This document shows positions 1 through 8,367 of a stretch of DNA of 31,125 nucleotides, piece after piece. Where the stretch lies: NCBI GenBank assembly GCA_049521275.1, contig JBEKOZ010000008.1:1-31125 (forward strand), read 5' to 3'. This stretch comes from Bryobacteraceae bacterium (GTDB lineage Bacteria; Acidobacteriota; Terriglobia; Bryobacterales; Bryobacteraceae). Numbering within the stretch: the first letter of the stretch is position 1; every line of letters begins with the position of its first letter. The notes below the pieces were generated by a model, which was given only the letters and a program-made list of their open reading frames with translations, was not told where the DNA came from and made no database searches. The position numbers were made by a program, and so were the translations under genes.

Positions 1-191
1 CAGCGCCTCTCAACGGCCGAGTCGCAGCTTTGCCCGGCGTCATTCAATCGTCCGGCGATACGCTGTTCACCTCGGGGTCGCTCACCAAGTATTCCAAAAT
101 TCTGAACGAAGTGATGGAATCCCCGGGAGGCTTGTACGGGACCAACACAAAGAGCCACGAGCCTGTGGAACCAGGGGCCGTCCAATCGTGA
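1..191 (+). CDS. nuoG: NADH-quinone oxidoreductase subunit G, C-terminal fragment (5' truncated by window edge)
   Basis: Frame from nt 3 is open: APLNGRVAALPGVIQSSGDTLFTSGSLTKYSKILNEVMESPGG...VQS*. Its TGA (189-191) overlaps the GTG start of nuoH (GTGA). Identity is inferred mainly from position directly upstream of nuoH. Confidence 0.7.
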   Translation, partial: APLNGRVAALPGVIQSSGDTLFTSGSLTKYSKILNEVMESPGGLYGTNTKSHEPVEPGAVQS

Positions 192-1381
192 ATTTCTTCA
201 TTGTCAGCTTAATAAAGTCCGCATTGGTGGCCTTTGTCCTGCTCACCGCCCTCGCCTATATTCAATGGGTCGAGCGAAAAGTCCTCGCGCACATCCAACT
301 CCGCATCGGACCCCGCCGCGTCGGTCCGCACGGATTGTTGCAGCCCCTGGCCGACGTCATCAAGCTGATCACGAAAGAGGACATGATCCCGTCTCATGTC
401 AACAAGTTTTTTTACCTCCTCGCGCCCTTTCTGGCGGTGATGTTCGCGCTCATCTCCATCGCCGTCATCCCGTTTGGAACCGAAGTGAAGATCGGATCTT
501 TCTCCACCCCGATGCAGTTGACCGACCTCAACATCGGCGTCCTGTTCATCCTCGGACTCTCCGGCATCGGCGTTTATGGCGTCGCACTCGCCGGTTGGGC
601 GTCGAATAATAAATATTCGCTGATCGGCGGATTGCGCAGCTCCGCGCAGATGATCAGCTACGAACTGCCGATGGCCATGGCGATCGCCGCGCCGCTGCTG
701 ATGCTCAATTCCCTCAGCTTTCGCGAGCTGGTGGACGGCCAGGCCGGCTTCTATCTCGGCTTCATCCCACGCTGGAGCATTTTTCAAGGACCGTTCCCGC
801 AGATCGTCAGTTTCGCGCTCTTCATGGTCGCCGCGTTCGCTGAAACCAATCGCGTGCCCTTCGATCTTCCCGAAGCGGAAAACGAACTGGTCGCCGGATT
901 CCACACCGAATACGGCAGCATGAAGTTCGCCGCGTTTTTCATGGCCGAATATTGCAACATGGTGACCGTATCCTGCGTCGGCGCGCTGCTGTTTCTCGGC
1001 GGATGGCAGCCGCTATGGCCCGCCGAGTACGGCTCGCAGTTCGTGCCCACGCTGGTTTTCCTGATCGCCGGATTGATCTGCCTTTATCACGGATTTCATC
1101 CCGCCCGCCCCTTCGACCGCTTCACGCTGCCCGTGTTCGGCGTGATATTTCTCGGCATCGCGGGTATCTTTCTGGTGCCGATCCTGGCGGCGTTTCTCCT
1201 GCCCCTGTTCTGGTTCCTCGCGAAAGTCGGCATCATTTTATTTATCTACATCTGGATTCGCGGCACCCTCCCGCGCTTCCGCTACGATCAGTTGATGAGC
1301 TTCGCCTGGACCTTCATGTTCCCCGTCGCGATCGTCAACCTTTTTGTCACAGCCCTGATGGTGGCCGTTACCACGAAATAA
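188..1381 (+). CDS. nuoH: NADH-quinone oxidoreductase subunit H
   Basis: ERKVLAHIQLRIGP..VGPHGLLQPLADVIKL, GGLRSSAQMISYE, ETNRVPFDLPEAENELVAGFHTEY, RGTLPRFRYDQLM motifs. Confidence 0.98.
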   Translation: MNFFIVSLIKSALVAFVLLTALAYIQWVERKVLAHIQLRIGPRRVGPHGLLQPLADVIKLITKEDMIPSHVNKFFYLLAPFLAVMFALISIAVIPFGTEVKIGSFSTPMQLTDLNIGVLFILGLSGIGVYGVALAGWASNNKYSLIGGLRSSAQMISYELPMAMAIAAPLLMLNSLSFRELVDGQAGFYLGFIPRWSIFQGPFPQIVSFALFMVAAFAETNRVPFDLPEAENELVAGFHTEYGSMKFAAFFMAEYCNMVTVSCVGALLFLGGWQPLWPAEYGSQFVPTLVFLIAGLICLYHGFHPARPFDRFTLPVFGVIFLGIAGIFLVPILAAFLLPLFWFLAKVGIILFIYIWIRGTLPRFRYDQLMSFAWTFMFPVAIVNLFVTALMVAVTTK

Positions 1382-1383
1382 TT

Positions 1384-1884
1384 ATGGACGCGATTCTCTT
1401 CCTGCTCTTTGCCGCCATCGCCGTCGTCTGCGCCCTCAACCTGGTGCTCCAGTCGCACCCGATTTCGAGCGCTCTGTCGCTGGTCGGCGTCATGGGATCC
1501 CTCGCCGTGCTTTACCTCCTGCTCGGCGGAGAGTTCATCGCCGCCGCGCAACTGATCGTCTACGCCGGCGCGATCATGGTGCTGTTCATCTTCGTCATCA
1601 TGTTGCTCAACGCCGGAACCGAGCGCAAAATGCCGCGCCGCCTCTGGGTGAAATACGCCGGCCTGCCTCTACTCGCCGTCTTCATCGGGATCGCCGCGTT
1701 CGTGATCCAGCGCATGCTGCCCGTCACCGAAGGCGTCAAATTTGGCGCCATGACGCACGGCAACCCGCAGGAAATCGGACGCGCTTTGTTTCAGGTCTAC
1801 CTGCTGCCGTTTGAAGTCACCAGCGTGTTGATCCTGATCGCGATTCTGGGCGCGGTCGTCCTGGCCCGCAAGGAGATCGACTAA
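1384..1884 (+). CDS. nuoJ: NADH-quinone oxidoreductase subunit J (166 aa)
   Basis: True start is ATG at 1384 (MDAILFLLFAAIAV...), inside the longer tracked ORF 952..1884. Motifs HPISSALSL, AAQLIVYAGAIMVLFIFVIMLL, LPFEVTSVLILIAILGAVVLA. Confidence 0.96.
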   Translation: MDAILFLLFAAIAVVCALNLVLQSHPISSALSLVGVMGSLAVLYLLLGGEFIAAAQLIVYAGAIMVLFIFVIMLLNAGTERKMPRRLWVKYAGLPLLAVFIGIAAFVIQRMLPVTEGVKFGAMTHGNPQEIGRALFQVYLLPFEVTSVLILIAILGAVVLARKEID

Positions 1885-2211
1885 ATGCCCGAGATTCCGC
1901 TCCCGCCAAGCGTCCCGCTGGCCTGGTATCTGATCCTCAGCGCGATCCTGTTCACTCTGGGTGTCGCCGGATTCCTGTTCCGCCGCAACGTGATCACCGT
2001 GTTCATGTCCATTGAGCTGATGCTCAACGCGGTCAATCTCAGCTTCGTGACGTTCTCCTATAAATTCAAACAGGTCGACGGACACATTTTCAGTTTCTTC
2101 GTGATGGTGGTCGCCGCGGCCGAAGCCGCCGTCGGCCTGGCCATCATTCTGACGATCTTCAAAAATCGCCAGACACTCGAAATCGACGAGGTCAGTTCGC
2201 TTAAGAACTAA
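1885..2211 (+). CDS. nuoK: NADH-quinone oxidoreductase subunit K
   Basis: [32 protein letters not shown] motifs. Confidence 0.98.
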   Translation: MPEIPLPPSVPLAWYLILSAILFTLGVAGFLFRRNVITVFMSIELMLNAVNLSFVTFSYKFKQVDGHIFSFFVMVVAAAEAAVGLAIILTIFKNRQTLEIDEVSSLKN

Positions 2212-2214
2212 ACG

Positions 2215-4077
2215 ATGCAGCATCTCTGGATCATTCCCCTTTTTCCTCTCGCGGGCTTCGCCATCAACGGCCTGTTTGGCCGCCGTCTATCGAACCGCGT
2301 CGTTTCGGCCATCGCTGTTCTGGCCGTCCTGATGGCCTTCGTCAAAGTTCTGGTGTCCCTCATGGACCTCGGAGCCTTCTCCGGCGGACTCGAAGACACC
2401 CACGTCGAGCATTACTTCACCTGGATCCAATCCGGCGCCCTGAACATCAGCGTCGATTTCGCGGTCGACCGCCTCACCGCCGTCATGCTGCTGATCGTCA
2501 CCGGCATCGGCACGCTGATCCATATATATGCGGTCGGCTACATGGCGCACGAAGGAGGCTACTACCGCTTCTTCGCCTACCTGAACCTGTTCATGTTTTT
2601 CATGCTGACCCTGGTGCTGGCCCAGAACTTCCTGCTGCTGTTCGTCGGATGGGAAGGTGTCGGCCTGTGCAGCTACCTGCTGATCGGCTTTTACTTCACC
2701 GAAAAATACGCCACCGACGCCGGCAACAAGGCGTTCATCGTGAACCGCATCGGCGACTTCGGCTTCTCGCTCGCCATCTTCCTCATCGCGATTCACTTCG
2801 GCTCCCTCGATTTCGGCCGCGTATTCTCGCAGGCCAAACTGCTGCCCGTCGAAGCCGATCCCGGCTGGATCACCGCGATCGCCCTGCTGCTTCTCGTCGG
2901 CGCCACCGGCAAATCCGCGCAGATCCCTCTCTATGTCTGGCTGCCGGACGCGATGGCCGGCCCCACCCCCGTCAGCGCCTTGATCCACGCCGCAACCATG
3001 GTCACCGCCGGCGTCTATATGATTGCGCGCAGCTCCTCGATCTTCCTGCACTCGCCGGTCGCGCTCAGCTTCGTCGCGATCATCGGCATCGCGACCGCCT
3101 TCTTCGCCGCCACCATCGGCCTGGTCCAGAACGACATCAAGAAGGTATTCGCCTATTCCACCGTTTCGCAGCTCGGCTACATGTTCGTCGGTCTCGGCAC
3201 CGGAGCCTTCTCCGCCGGAATCTTCCACGTGATGACCCACGCCTTCTTCAAGGCCCTGCTCTTCCTCGGAGCCGGCAGCGTCATCCACGCGCTCTCGGGC
3301 GAACAGGATCTGCGCAACATGGGCGGTCTCGCGAAGAAAATCCCGATCACCTGCGCCGTGCTCCTGTGCGCCAGCCTCGCCATCGCAGGATTCCCATTTA
3401 CATCGGGCCACTATAGTAAGGATGCGATCCTCGAATCGGCCTTCCAATATGCTCCGTGGATCTTCTGGGTCGGCGTCTTCACCGCCGCCATGACCGCCTT
3501 CTACGTCTTCCGGGCCTTTTTCATGGCTTTCTTCGGCGATTACCGCGGCCATCATCATCCGCATGAATCGCCCTTCGTCATGTGGGGACCCCTTGCCATC
3601 CTCGCCGCCCTCAGCCTCGGTGGTGGATTCATCAACATCCCGAAATATCTGGAGCCCATGTTCCCCTTATCCGAAGGCGCGTTGCCTTCCTATGTGACCT
3701 GGACGCCGATGGTCGCAGGCCTCGGCGGCATCGCACTCGCCTACGTGCTCTATGTCCTCTCACCCGGGCTTCCTGAATCGATCGCCAACGCCTTCCGCCC
3801 CGCCTACACGCTGCTCTACAACAAATATTTCATCGACGAGGCTTACGATTCGGCCGTCGTCAATCCCACCATCGATGGATCGCGCTCGCTGCTCTGGCGC
3901 ACCATCGACGCCGGAGCGATTGACGGGACCGTCAACGGCGTCGGCAAAACCGCCCGCGTGATCGGCAATGTTCTGCGCCACGCGCAATCGGGCTACATAC
4001 GAAGCTACGCCGGCTGGGTCCTCGCCGGAGCCATTCTCGTCGTCATCGTGATGGGCCTCACGGGAGCCACCCGATGA
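2215..4077 (+). CDS. nuoL: NADH-quinone oxidoreductase subunit L
   Basis: GWEGVGLCSYLLIGF, KSAQIPLYVWLPDAMAGPTPVSALIHAATMVTAGVY, THAFFKALLFL motifs. Confidence 0.98.
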   Translation: MQHLWIIPLFPLAGFAINGLFGRRLSNRVVSAIAVLAVLMAFVKVLVSLMDLGAFSGGLEDTHVEHYFTWIQSGALNISVDFAVDRLTAVMLLIVTGIGTLIHIYAVGYMAHEGGYYRFFAYLNLFMFFMLTLVLAQNFLLLFVGWEGVGLCSYLLIGFYFTEKYATDAGNKAFIVNRIGDFGFSLAIFLIAIHFGSLDFGRVFSQAKLLPVEADPGWITAIALLLLVGATGKSAQIPLYVWLPDAMAGPTPVSALIHAATMVTAGVYMIARSSSIFLHSPVALSFVAIIGIATAFFAATIGLVQNDIKKVFAYSTVSQLGYMFVGLGTGAFSAGIFHVMTHAFFKALLFLGAGSVIHALSGEQDLRNMGGLAKKIPITCAVLLCASLAIAGFPFTSGHYSKDAILESAFQYAPWIFWVGVFTAAMTAFYVFRAFFMAFFGDYRGHHHPHESPFVMWGPLAILAALSLGGGFINIPKYLEPMFPLSEGALPSYVTWTPMVAGLGGIALAYVLYVLSPGLPESIANAFRPAYTLLYNKYFIDEAYDSAVVNPTIDGSRSLLWRTIDAGAIDGTVNGVGKTARVIGNVLRHAQSGYIRSYAGWVLAGAILVVIVMGLTGATR

Positions 4078-5621
4078 GCACCCTCGATCTCGTCTTATTC
4101 CTGCCGCTGTTCGGCTTTCTTCTCCTCCTGCTCACCCCCAAGGACAACCCGGTTGTCCTGCGCTGGACCGCGATGGCCATCTCGCTGGTCGTCTTCGCCG
4201 TCTCGCTCGGCCTCCTCGCGCCTTATTGGTTCGCCTATCCGTCCGGCTATACTTTTCAGACCTATAAAGCCTGGATCAATTTCCCGCCGATTCACTATCA
4301 CGTCGGCCTCGACGGCCTCAGCCTCTGGCTGGTCCTGCTGACCACCTTCCTCACTCCCATCGCCGTCGCGATCTCCTGGAAGTACATCGAGCTCCGCGTC
4401 AAGGAATATTTCGCGTTCCTGATCCTGCTCGAATTCGGCCTCATCGGCGTCTTCATCTCCATCGACCTGTTTCTGTTTTACGTCTTCTGGGAAGTCGCGC
4501 TCGTGCCCATGTATTTCCTCATCGGCATCTGGGGCCACGACCGCCGCATCTACGCCACCGTCAAGTTTTTCCTTTACACGATGACCGGCTCCGTGCTGAT
4601 GCTCGGCGCCATCGTTTATATCTACAATCAGACCGGCACCTTCGATTACGCCGTCCTCCAGAACCTCGTCGCGGCCGGACACTTCGCCCTCTCCGCGCGG
4701 GAGGAGATGGTGCTGTTCCTGGCCTTCTTTGTCGCCTTCGCCGTGAAGGTCCCATTGTTCCCTCTGCACACCTGGCTGCCCGATGCGCACGTCGAGGCGC
4801 CCACCGCCGGTTCCGTCATGCTGGCCTCGGTCATGCTGAAAATGGGAACTTACGGCTTGCTCCGTTTCTGCGTGCCCCTGTTCCCCAACGCCGCGCATCA
4901 GTCCGCGCCCTGGGTGAACGCCCTCGCCATCACCGGCATCATCTTCGGAGCCCTCGTCGCTCTCGTCCAGCCCAACATGAAGAAGCTGGTCGCGTACTCC
5001 TCCGTCAGCCACCTCGGATTCGTCGTGCTCGGAATCTTCTCTTTCACTCAGCAAGGCCTTGACGGAGCCGTCTTTCAGATGCTCGCCCACGGCATCTCGA
5101 CAGGAGCTCTCTTCATCCTGGTTGGATATCTTTATGAGCGCCGTCATTCGCTTGAAATCTCCGCTTACGGAGGCGTCTCGACGCCCGCCCCGAATCTCGC
5201 CGCGGTGTTTCTGATCACCACGCTCGCCTCCATCGGCCTTCCCCTGCTCAGCAACTTCGTCGGCGAATATCTGGTTCTCCAGGGCGCAGCCACTGCGAAT
5301 TTCAACTGGGCCATCGCCGCTGCGCTCGGCGTGATTCTCTCAGCCTGCTACATGCTGTGGCTCTACCAGCGATTATTTTTCGGAAAAACCTCGGCATCGG
5401 TCACCCATCACGTCACGGATCTGACCCCGCGCGAATGGGCCGTCATGATCCCCATGCTCGCCCTGATGCTCTGGATGGGCAGTTTCCCCCAAACCTTCAT
5501 GCCCGCGATCAGCACGCAAAATGCGGCGATCTTGCAGCAAATCGAAAAGCCCCCGGCGTTCGTGGCGCACGCACTCATGCGTGCCGCGTCGACACTCGTG
5601 TCGACGCAGGGGGCGCGCTAG
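4074..5621 (+). CDS. nuoM: NADH-quinone oxidoreductase subunit M
   Basis: FWEVALVPMYFLIGIWG, KVPLFPLHTWLPDAHVEAPT, KMGTYG, AYSSVSHLG motifs. ATGA overlap with the nuoL stop. Confidence 0.98.
   Translation: MSTLDLVLFLPLFGFLLLLLTPKDNPVVLRWTAMAISLVVFAVSLGLLAPYWFAYPSGYTFQTYKAWINFPPIHYHVGLDGLSLWLVLLTTFLTPIAVAISWKYIELRVKEYFAFLILLEFGLIGVFISIDLFLFYVFWEVALVPMYFLIGIWGHDRRIYATVKFFLYTMTGSVLMLGAIVYIYNQTGTFDYAVLQNLVAAGHFALSAREEMVLFLAFFVAFAVKVPLFPLHTWLPDAHVEAPTAGSVMLASVMLKMGTYGLLRFCVPLFPNAAHQSAPWVNALAITGIIFGALVALVQPNMKKLVAYSSVSHLGFVVLGIFSFTQQGLDGAVFQMLAHGISTGALFILVGYLYERRHSLEISAYGGVSTPAPNLAAVFLITTLASIGLPLLSNFVGEYLVLQGAATANFNWAIAAALGVILSACYMLWLYQRLFFGKTSASVTHHVTDLTPREWAVMIPMLALMLWMGSFPQTFMPAISTQNAAILQQIEKPPAFVAHALMRAASTLVSTQGAR
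5562..5607 (+). repeat. 46-bp double-hairpin REP-like element, copy 1 (inside the nuoM 3' end)
   Basis: GTGGCGCACGCACTCATGCGTGCCGCGTCGACACTCGTGTCGACGC. Matches 23147-23192 at 42/46 and 11781-11825 on the opposite strand. Confidence 0.85.
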
Positions 5622-5622
5622 C

Positions 5623-7089
5623 ATGACGCCCACCAATGCCGAATACCTCCGCTTCCTGCCGGAAATCATCCTGACTCTAACCGGCATCCTCATCATGTTT
5701 GTGGAAGCATTTCAACCCGCGCCCGGCGCCCCTTCCGCCCGCCTCGCCCACGCCTCGCGCCTTTTCGCTCCCATCTCGATCGCAGGCCTGGCCGCCGCGC
5801 TTATAGCCGCCGCCAAAGCCGACGCCGGCACTGCCTTTCACGACATGCTGATAGTCGACCCCTTCGGAACCTTCTTCCGCGTCCTCGTCATCGGCGTCGG
5901 CATTCTCGCCGTCTTCAGCAGCTCCGAATATTTGCGCCGCGAAAATTCCCCCGGCGGAGAATTCTACGCCTTGCTCCTCTTCAGCGTCATGGGCCAGTGC
6001 ATCATGGTCACCGCCAACGAGCTGATCATGATTTTCATCGGCCTCGAAATCTCCTCCATCTCCAGCTACATTCTGGCAGGCTATCTGCGCGACGATCCGC
6101 GCAACAATGAATCCGCGCTCAAGTATTTTCTGCTCGGATCCTTCGCCACGGCATTCTTACTTTACGGCGTCGCCTGGATCTACGGCCTCACCGCGACCAC
6201 TAATCTCGAACTGGTCCGCAAAGCGATTGAGACACCCGGTTTCGATTCCTTCGCCCTCGCCGGGATCGCCGCCGCGCTGATCTTCGTCGGCCTCGGATTC
6301 AAAATCTCCGCCGCGCCTTTCCAGATTTGGGCGCCGGACGTCTATCAAGGCGCGCCCGCTCCGGTCTCCGCGTTCTTGTCGGTCGGCCCGAAAGCCGCCG
6401 CCTTCGCGATTCTCCTCCGCGTCTTCCTCACCGCCTTCGGACCCATCTCCGAACGCTGGACCCCTTTCGTGTGGGGCTGCGCGCTAGCGACCATGATCGT
6501 CGGAAATTTCGCCGCCTTAAAGCAGTCGAATGTGAAGCGACTGCTGGCCTACAGCTCCATCGCCAACGCCGGATATATGCTGGTCGCGGTCACCGCCCAT
6601 TCAGACGCAGGAGCCGCTGCAGTGATGTTCTACCTGGCCGCCTACGCGCTCACCACCATCGGCGCCTTCGCGGTAATCGCCTACTTCGCGCGCAAAGGGG
6701 AACGCTACGTGGCGATCGACGATTTCTCGGGCCTGGCCCAGCGCCAGCCGGTGATGGCCGCCATGATGACCATCTTCCTGCTGAGCCTGATCGGCGTCCC
6801 TCTCACCGGCGGATTCTTCGGCAAGTTCTACATCTTCAAAGCGGCGCTCGACGCCAACCTGGTGTGGCTCACTGTGCTCGGATTGCTGAACACCGCGGTA
6901 GCCGCCTATTACTATTTGCACATCTTGGTCGTGATGTACATGAAGGAGCCCGGCGAATCCGTAGAAAACCTCCCGCCCGTCGGCTTCGGCGTTCAAGTAG
7001 CCGTCTACGCCAGCGCCATCGGAACCCTCATCCTAGGCATCTTCCCGTCCTCGATACTAGACTACGCCAGCCGAACAATCCTGAAATAA
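5623..7089 (+). CDS. nuoN: NADH-quinone oxidoreductase subunit N (488 aa)
   Basis: Start ATG at 5623 (MTPTNAEYLRFLPE), 1 nt after the nuoM stop. Motifs GLEISSISSYIL, ESALKYF, FKISAAPFQIWAPDVYQGAP, KRLLAYSSIA, GFFGKF. Confidence 0.97.
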   Translation: MTPTNAEYLRFLPEIILTLTGILIMFVEAFQPAPGAPSARLAHASRLFAPISIAGLAAALIAAAKADAGTAFHDMLIVDPFGTFFRVLVIGVGILAVFSSSEYLRRENSPGGEFYALLLFSVMGQCIMVTANELIMIFIGLEISSISSYILAGYLRDDPRNNESALKYFLLGSFATAFLLYGVAWIYGLTATTNLELVRKAIETPGFDSFALAGIAAALIFVGLGFKISAAPFQIWAPDVYQGAPAPVSAFLSVGPKAAAFAILLRVFLTAFGPISERWTPFVWGCALATMIVGNFAALKQSNVKRLLAYSSIANAGYMLVAVTAHSDAGAAAVMFYLAAYALTTIGAFAVIAYFARKGERYVAIDDFSGLAQRQPVMAAMMTIFLLSLIGVPLTGGFFGKFYIFKAALDANLVWLTVLGLLNTAVAAYYYLHILVVMYMKEPGESVENLPPVGFGVQVAVYASAIGTLILGIFPSSILDYASRTILK

Positions 7090-7142
7090 GCTGGACTTCG
7101 CGAACAGAACTGTGTTAAGTTTGCCCAAGGAGTTTTGCCCGT

Positions 7143-7301
7143 ATGAGACGAAATCTTCTGTCCTTAGGAATCGCTTTTCTCTGCCTTGCCGCCCCCGCGT
7201 TTGCCGGCATAACCGTCACACCAGAACCCACCACCATGCTTCTGATCGGTGGAGGACTTGGCGCCATCCTGGTGGTCCGCCACGTTACGAAGAAAAAGTA
7301 A
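7143..7301 (+). CDS. Minimal PEP-CTERM-like protein, copy 1 (52 aa; absent from the ORF track)
   Basis: MRRNLLSLGIAFLCLAAPAFA-GITVT-PEPTTMLLIGGGLGAILVVRHVTKKK*: Sec signal, 5 residues, PEP + hydrophobic helix + basic tail. AAGGAG lies upstream. Confidence 0.85.
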   Translation: MRRNLLSLGIAFLCLAAPAFAGITVTPEPTTMLLIGGGLGAILVVRHVTKKK

Positions 7302-7308
7302 GACGCCG

Positions 7309-7470
7309 ATGAGACAAAATCTTCTATCCTTGGGAATCGCCCTGCTCTGCCTTGCAGCTCCCGCGTTTGCCGGAGGCACCATAACACCCGAACCCACCAC
7401 CATGCTTCTCATCGGTGGAGGACTTGGCGCCATCCTGGTAGTCCGCCACGTGACGAAGAAGAAGAAATAA
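7309..7470 (+). CDS. Minimal PEP-CTERM-like protein, copy 2 (53 aa)
   Basis: MRQNLLSLGIALLCLAAPAFA-GGTIT-PEPTTMLLIGGGLGAILVVRHVTKKKK*. Tandem paralogue of 7143..7301 with mostly synonymous differences. Confidence 0.85.
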   Translation: MRQNLLSLGIALLCLAAPAFAGGTITPEPTTMLLIGGGLGAILVVRHVTKKKK

Positions 7471-7536
7471 TCCGTTACGCGATCTGCCACTGAGCCGCGA
7501 CCGGGGTGCCCTCTGGGCCGAGCGACCTAAAAGGAC

Positions 7537-8331
7537 ATGCTACCGGGCCGTTTGGAATCCTACATTTTTTTGGGCGCTCTTTTCTCCTTCGCCCTCGTCG
7601 AGACGTTTCGACCGCTGCGTCCACCCCAACTCTCCACACCTCGCCGCTGGCTGAATCACACCGTCCTGCTGGCTTTGAATACTGTTCTGAGCGTGCTGCT
7701 GTTTCGCGGCGGGCTGGTTGTGTTCGCGTCCCTCATGGCCGCCGGAGGCCACGGACTCTTGAACCACTTCGCGTCGTTTTACGCCCTTCGCTTCGCCGTC
7801 GGATTCTTCGCGGTCGATCTGGTGCATTACGCCTCCCACTACACTTATCACCAGATCCCCTTCCTATGGCGTTTCCATCAAGTCCATCATGCCGACCCGG
7901 AGTTCGACGTCACCACCGGCTTCCGCTTCCATCCCGCCGAAGCGCTGCTCACGCAAAGCTGCAATTTCGCGTTGATTGCCCTGCTCGGTCCACCGGCGCT
8001 CGCCGTCCTCGCCGCCGAAGCCGCCACGCTGTTCCAGGATATCTTCGAACACGCCAATATTGAAGTCCCGCCGCGCCTCGACCGGTTCCTGCGCTGGTTC
8101 CTCACCACTCCCAACATGCACCGCATCCACCACTCCGTCCAGCGATCCGGCCAGGACCGCAACTTCGGCACCATCCTGCCATGGTGGGACCGTCTCTTCG
8201 GAACCTACGCGCAACCGTCGATCGAATTAAAGCGGATGGAAACCGGCCTGGAAGGTTATCCCGCCCCCCAAAGCGCCAGCATCGGCCGCACCCTGGCGAT
8301 GCCCTTTACTGCCTCGTCACCCGGATCGTAA
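7537..8331 (+). CDS. Sterol desaturase / fatty acid hydroxylase superfamily membrane protein
   Basis: His boxes HYASHYTYH, HQVHH, EHAN and HRIHH; D.TT.FRFHP.E; NFGTILPWWDRLFGTY. AAGGA RBS. Confidence 0.9.
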   Translation: MLPGRLESYIFLGALFSFALVETFRPLRPPQLSTPRRWLNHTVLLALNTVLSVLLFRGGLVVFASLMAAGGHGLLNHFASFYALRFAVGFFAVDLVHYASHYTYHQIPFLWRFHQVHHADPEFDVTTGFRFHPAEALLTQSCNFALIALLGPPALAVLAAEAATLFQDIFEHANIEVPPRLDRFLRWFLTTPNMHRIHHSVQRSGQDRNFGTILPWWDRLFGTYAQPSIELKRMETGLEGYPAPQSASIGRTLAMPFTASSPGS

Positions 8332-8367
8332 ACGAGTCCTTATCGGGCCATAATTTCCTGTTTTTGA

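Noticed and set aside
952-1383. N-terminal extension of the tracked ORF 952..1884 as a possible nuoI or fusion
   Set aside because: Arg-rich alternate frame of nuoH with no CxxCxxCxxxCP ferredoxin motifs; nuoJ starts at 1384.
5521-5622. Tracked N-terminal extension of nuoN
   Set aside because: Overlaps nuoM and is the REP element read in another frame.
209-6996. Long antisense and alternate-frame ORFs over the nuo genes (e.g. 209..904, 2287..3564, 4095..5147)
   Set aside because: Shadow ORFs expected from GC-rich codon bias; they overlap well-supported genes and have no recognisable motifs.
7143-7470. Direct repeat as a CRISPR array or non-coding repeat
   Set aside because: Only two ~160-bp units with no spacers, and the differences are mostly synonymous, so it is a gene duplication.
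7491-7520. GAGCCGCGACC match to the inverted repeat inside the MITE
   Set aside because: Only 11 bp and no partner arm; it could be a decayed REP but cannot be supported.
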